A stretch of 64,000 nt of DNA. It comes from Curvularia clavata. Taxonomy: Eukaryota. Each line of letters begins with the position of its first letter. Positions within the stretch are counted from its first letter, which is position 1. Below, in pieces: positions 62,100-64,000 of the stretch. The stretch covers positions 1,736,001 through 1,800,000 of the forward strand of contig CP089279.1 in NCBI GenBank assembly GCA_023920165.1, in the 5' to 3' direction. A program made the position numbers and the translations under genes. The notes below the pieces were generated by a model. That model did no database searches. It saw only the letters and a list, made by a program, of their open reading frames with translations, and had not been told where the DNA came from.

Positions 62100-62760
62100 T
62101 TGCCTCTAGTAAGTGAAATACTGCGTGGAGAGTCTAGTTATATAGATAGTAGGAACTTTAGTATTTTTATATAAACTTTTTTATTTAGTTAAATAAAGTT
62201 ATATAATTTAAAATTCTCGATTTCAATTTTATTTATAATACTATTTCTTTCTCTAAAAAAACAAAATAAATTCTAGTACTTGAATAGCTAGTATATAAAA
62301 GATTAGTACCGTAGTTTATTTTTATAAAATCTTTTTTAAATCTAAATAGCTATAGTTTATCTATTTTATAAAAGCTGTTCATATTAATATATATAATTAA
62401 ATAGTTATTATAATTAAATATAATAATTTTAAAAAGTTATGATCAGATTTTGATATAAAATTATATCTACTTATATTTGTATTTATTTCTATTTTTATTT
62501 CTTATAATTAGCTCGCCTATAGCGATTGGCTAATATTGAAAAGTAGTCTAAAAATAAAAGTAGGCCGCCTTATAGCCTATTAAGATTCAAAAATTGAAAT
62601 AAAAACTATATCTAAGAAGAAATTTAAATATAAAGCTTTAAGCTTCTATATTTTAGACTTTAGTATTTTTAGTTTTATATATTAAATTTGATTGGCTTCG
62701 GCCTTTTGTGGAATATTTTGTGAAACAATTTGTGAATTACATTTTGATTTTTGAACTAAT
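62100..62760. mobile_element. RIP-degenerated AT-rich repeat relic
   Basis: Very AT-rich, with abundant TA/TAG/CTA and scarce CA/TG. No ORFs. Contains a G>A/C>T-converted copy of 63140-63345. Confidence 0.75.
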
Positions 62761-63345
62761 AGTCACAGCACACCCAGCTCCGCAAAGCTAGATCGACATA
62801 TCGTTAACTCCCTCCCTCGTGTCGGCGACATCAACATCCTCCATCTCCACCTCCTTAACTTCTACTGTCTCCAACTCTTGCGATCTTGAAGAAGGTTGTT
62901 GGTTGCGCAAGGGATGGAAATCGGGCAGAGGGTGATGTCGATGGGTTTGCCGGGCTAGAGACTGAGTTCACGAGAGCAGGGTACTTATAGGCGGCTGTGA
63001 GCTGTTCTACTGCTTTGCGCTGCGTGTCCTCATCACAACTATGGTTCATCGAGTGCAGATTTTGCTGCCCGTTGTTGGACGCCTAATGGGGTGGTTGTTG
63101 TTGTTTTGTGGCTCAGTTCTATCCGGACTAGTACCAACTTTTCGAGACGAGGGCTAGGTGGCCTTTGGTGCCTGAGGCCTGGAGCCCGAGGCCTCGCGTT
63201 CGAATCCCTACTTGGACAGTATCCTTTATCTTGACTTCTTGATTTTTGGTGGGCTGAGGGGCGGCCTGCTGCTCGTTTATGTGATGTATATTTTGGGCTA
63301 ATCGCCGCCGGCGAGCCAATTGTGGGAAATGAAAACATAAATAAA
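62482..63345. repeat. Long inverted repeat (arms ~62482-62685 and ~63140-63345) around a normal-GC spacer
   Basis: The reverse complement of 63181-63218 aligns ungapped to 62609-62646 with 16 transitions and 1 transversion. Further matching blocks: AGTAGGCCGCC/AGCAGGCCGCC and ATAATTAGCTCGCC/ACAATTGGCTCGCC. Confidence 0.8.
63108..63218 (+). other. tRNA-like sequence (degenerate tRNA or SINE head)
   Basis: B-box GTTCGAATCCC at 63198-63208, A-box-like TGGCTCAGTT at 63109-63118, and a GGGCT...AGCCC stem followed by GAGGC as in a variable loop. The T and acceptor stems pair poorly. Confidence 0.45.
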
Positions 63346-64000
63346 CATTAAATTTGAAATAAAGTATAAATCTAGATTAGAATAATGATAATTACACTAA
63401 TAAAGTTTTATCTATTAAGTAGCTAATAATAGATAAAGCAAATTCTAAAGTTATTAAACTATAGTTATAATTAAAATATATAGTATTAGAGTAGCGTATA
63501 CTATCTATAAATATCTACTCTTCTATTCTTATAAATTTAATTTCTAGCTTAGTAAAATCTATTAATAGTATTATATACTTAGCTTATTCTATTTCTTTTT
63601 CTAGTCTTTTTCAAATTTAGATTAGCTATATTTAATCTCTCTAGATCATAAGTAGTCTTTTTTACTCTTTTTTTAGACGTTTAGTCTACTCTCTATAAGC
63701 TACTTTTAAGTAAAGTTACTATAGAGCTATAGAAATAGCTCTTTAAATAGCTTAACTTTCTAGATATAAGTGTATTTAAAAATAATAACTATATTCTATA
63801 TTATAACTAATAGAAAGATATAATATAGCTATAATAGTTATAAGATTAGAAAATTATTTTTATTAATAGATAAGATATATTAAAAATTTATAATTCTAGC
63901 TATTAATTAATTAAAAAAAGTATAGTAAAGCTATCTATTCTAGATATTTAGTTATAGCTAGAATATAATATTTATAAAATTAGAAAAACTATTATGATTA
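63340..64000. mobile_element. RIP-degenerated AT-rich repeat relic running off the window
   Basis: Extreme AT content, TpA excess (TAG, CTA, TATA), near-absence of CpA/TpG, and no ORF. Confidence 0.8.

Noticed and set aside
1..64000. CRISPR array, rRNA, telomere repeats or an intact transposase/Starship captain
   Set aside because: No regularly spaced repeats, rRNA motifs, (TTAGGG)n arrays, or RT/DDE/tyrosine-recombinase ORFs were seen.

Overview
Eukaryotic genomic DNA from a filamentous ascomycete. Short GT-AG introns with CTAAC/CTGAC branch points, the gene families present and RIP-type AT-rich blocks point to this; Dothideomycetes/Pleosporales is my guess, not proven. About 57.6 kb is ordinary gene-bearing chromosome: SNU66/SART-1 (5'-truncated), MRPL33, a small ADP-ribosyltransferase-fold-like ORF, a DOCK-family GEF, RRP12, an alpha/beta hydrolase, a cytochrome P450, a Zn2Cys6 transcription factor, a PTH11-like membrane protein, VTI1, an FAD-dependent oxidoreductase, an RGS+3TM protein, a Ser/Pro-rich protein with Cys repeats, a secreted DJ-1/PfpI protein, an MFS transporter and an LtrA-family membrane protein. 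The last ~6 kb changes to an accessory, RIP-affected compartment. It holds an intact two-exon PD-(D/E)xK-like nuclease gene bracketed by two copies of a GGCAACTGTTGCC-centred hairpin, decayed gene relics, and a ~170-200 bp inverted repeat whose arms carry a tRNA-like (Pol III B-box) segment. One arm is nearly intact and the other heavily RIP-mutated, and they enclose a normal-GC island. All gene models were spliced by eye and no database search was run.
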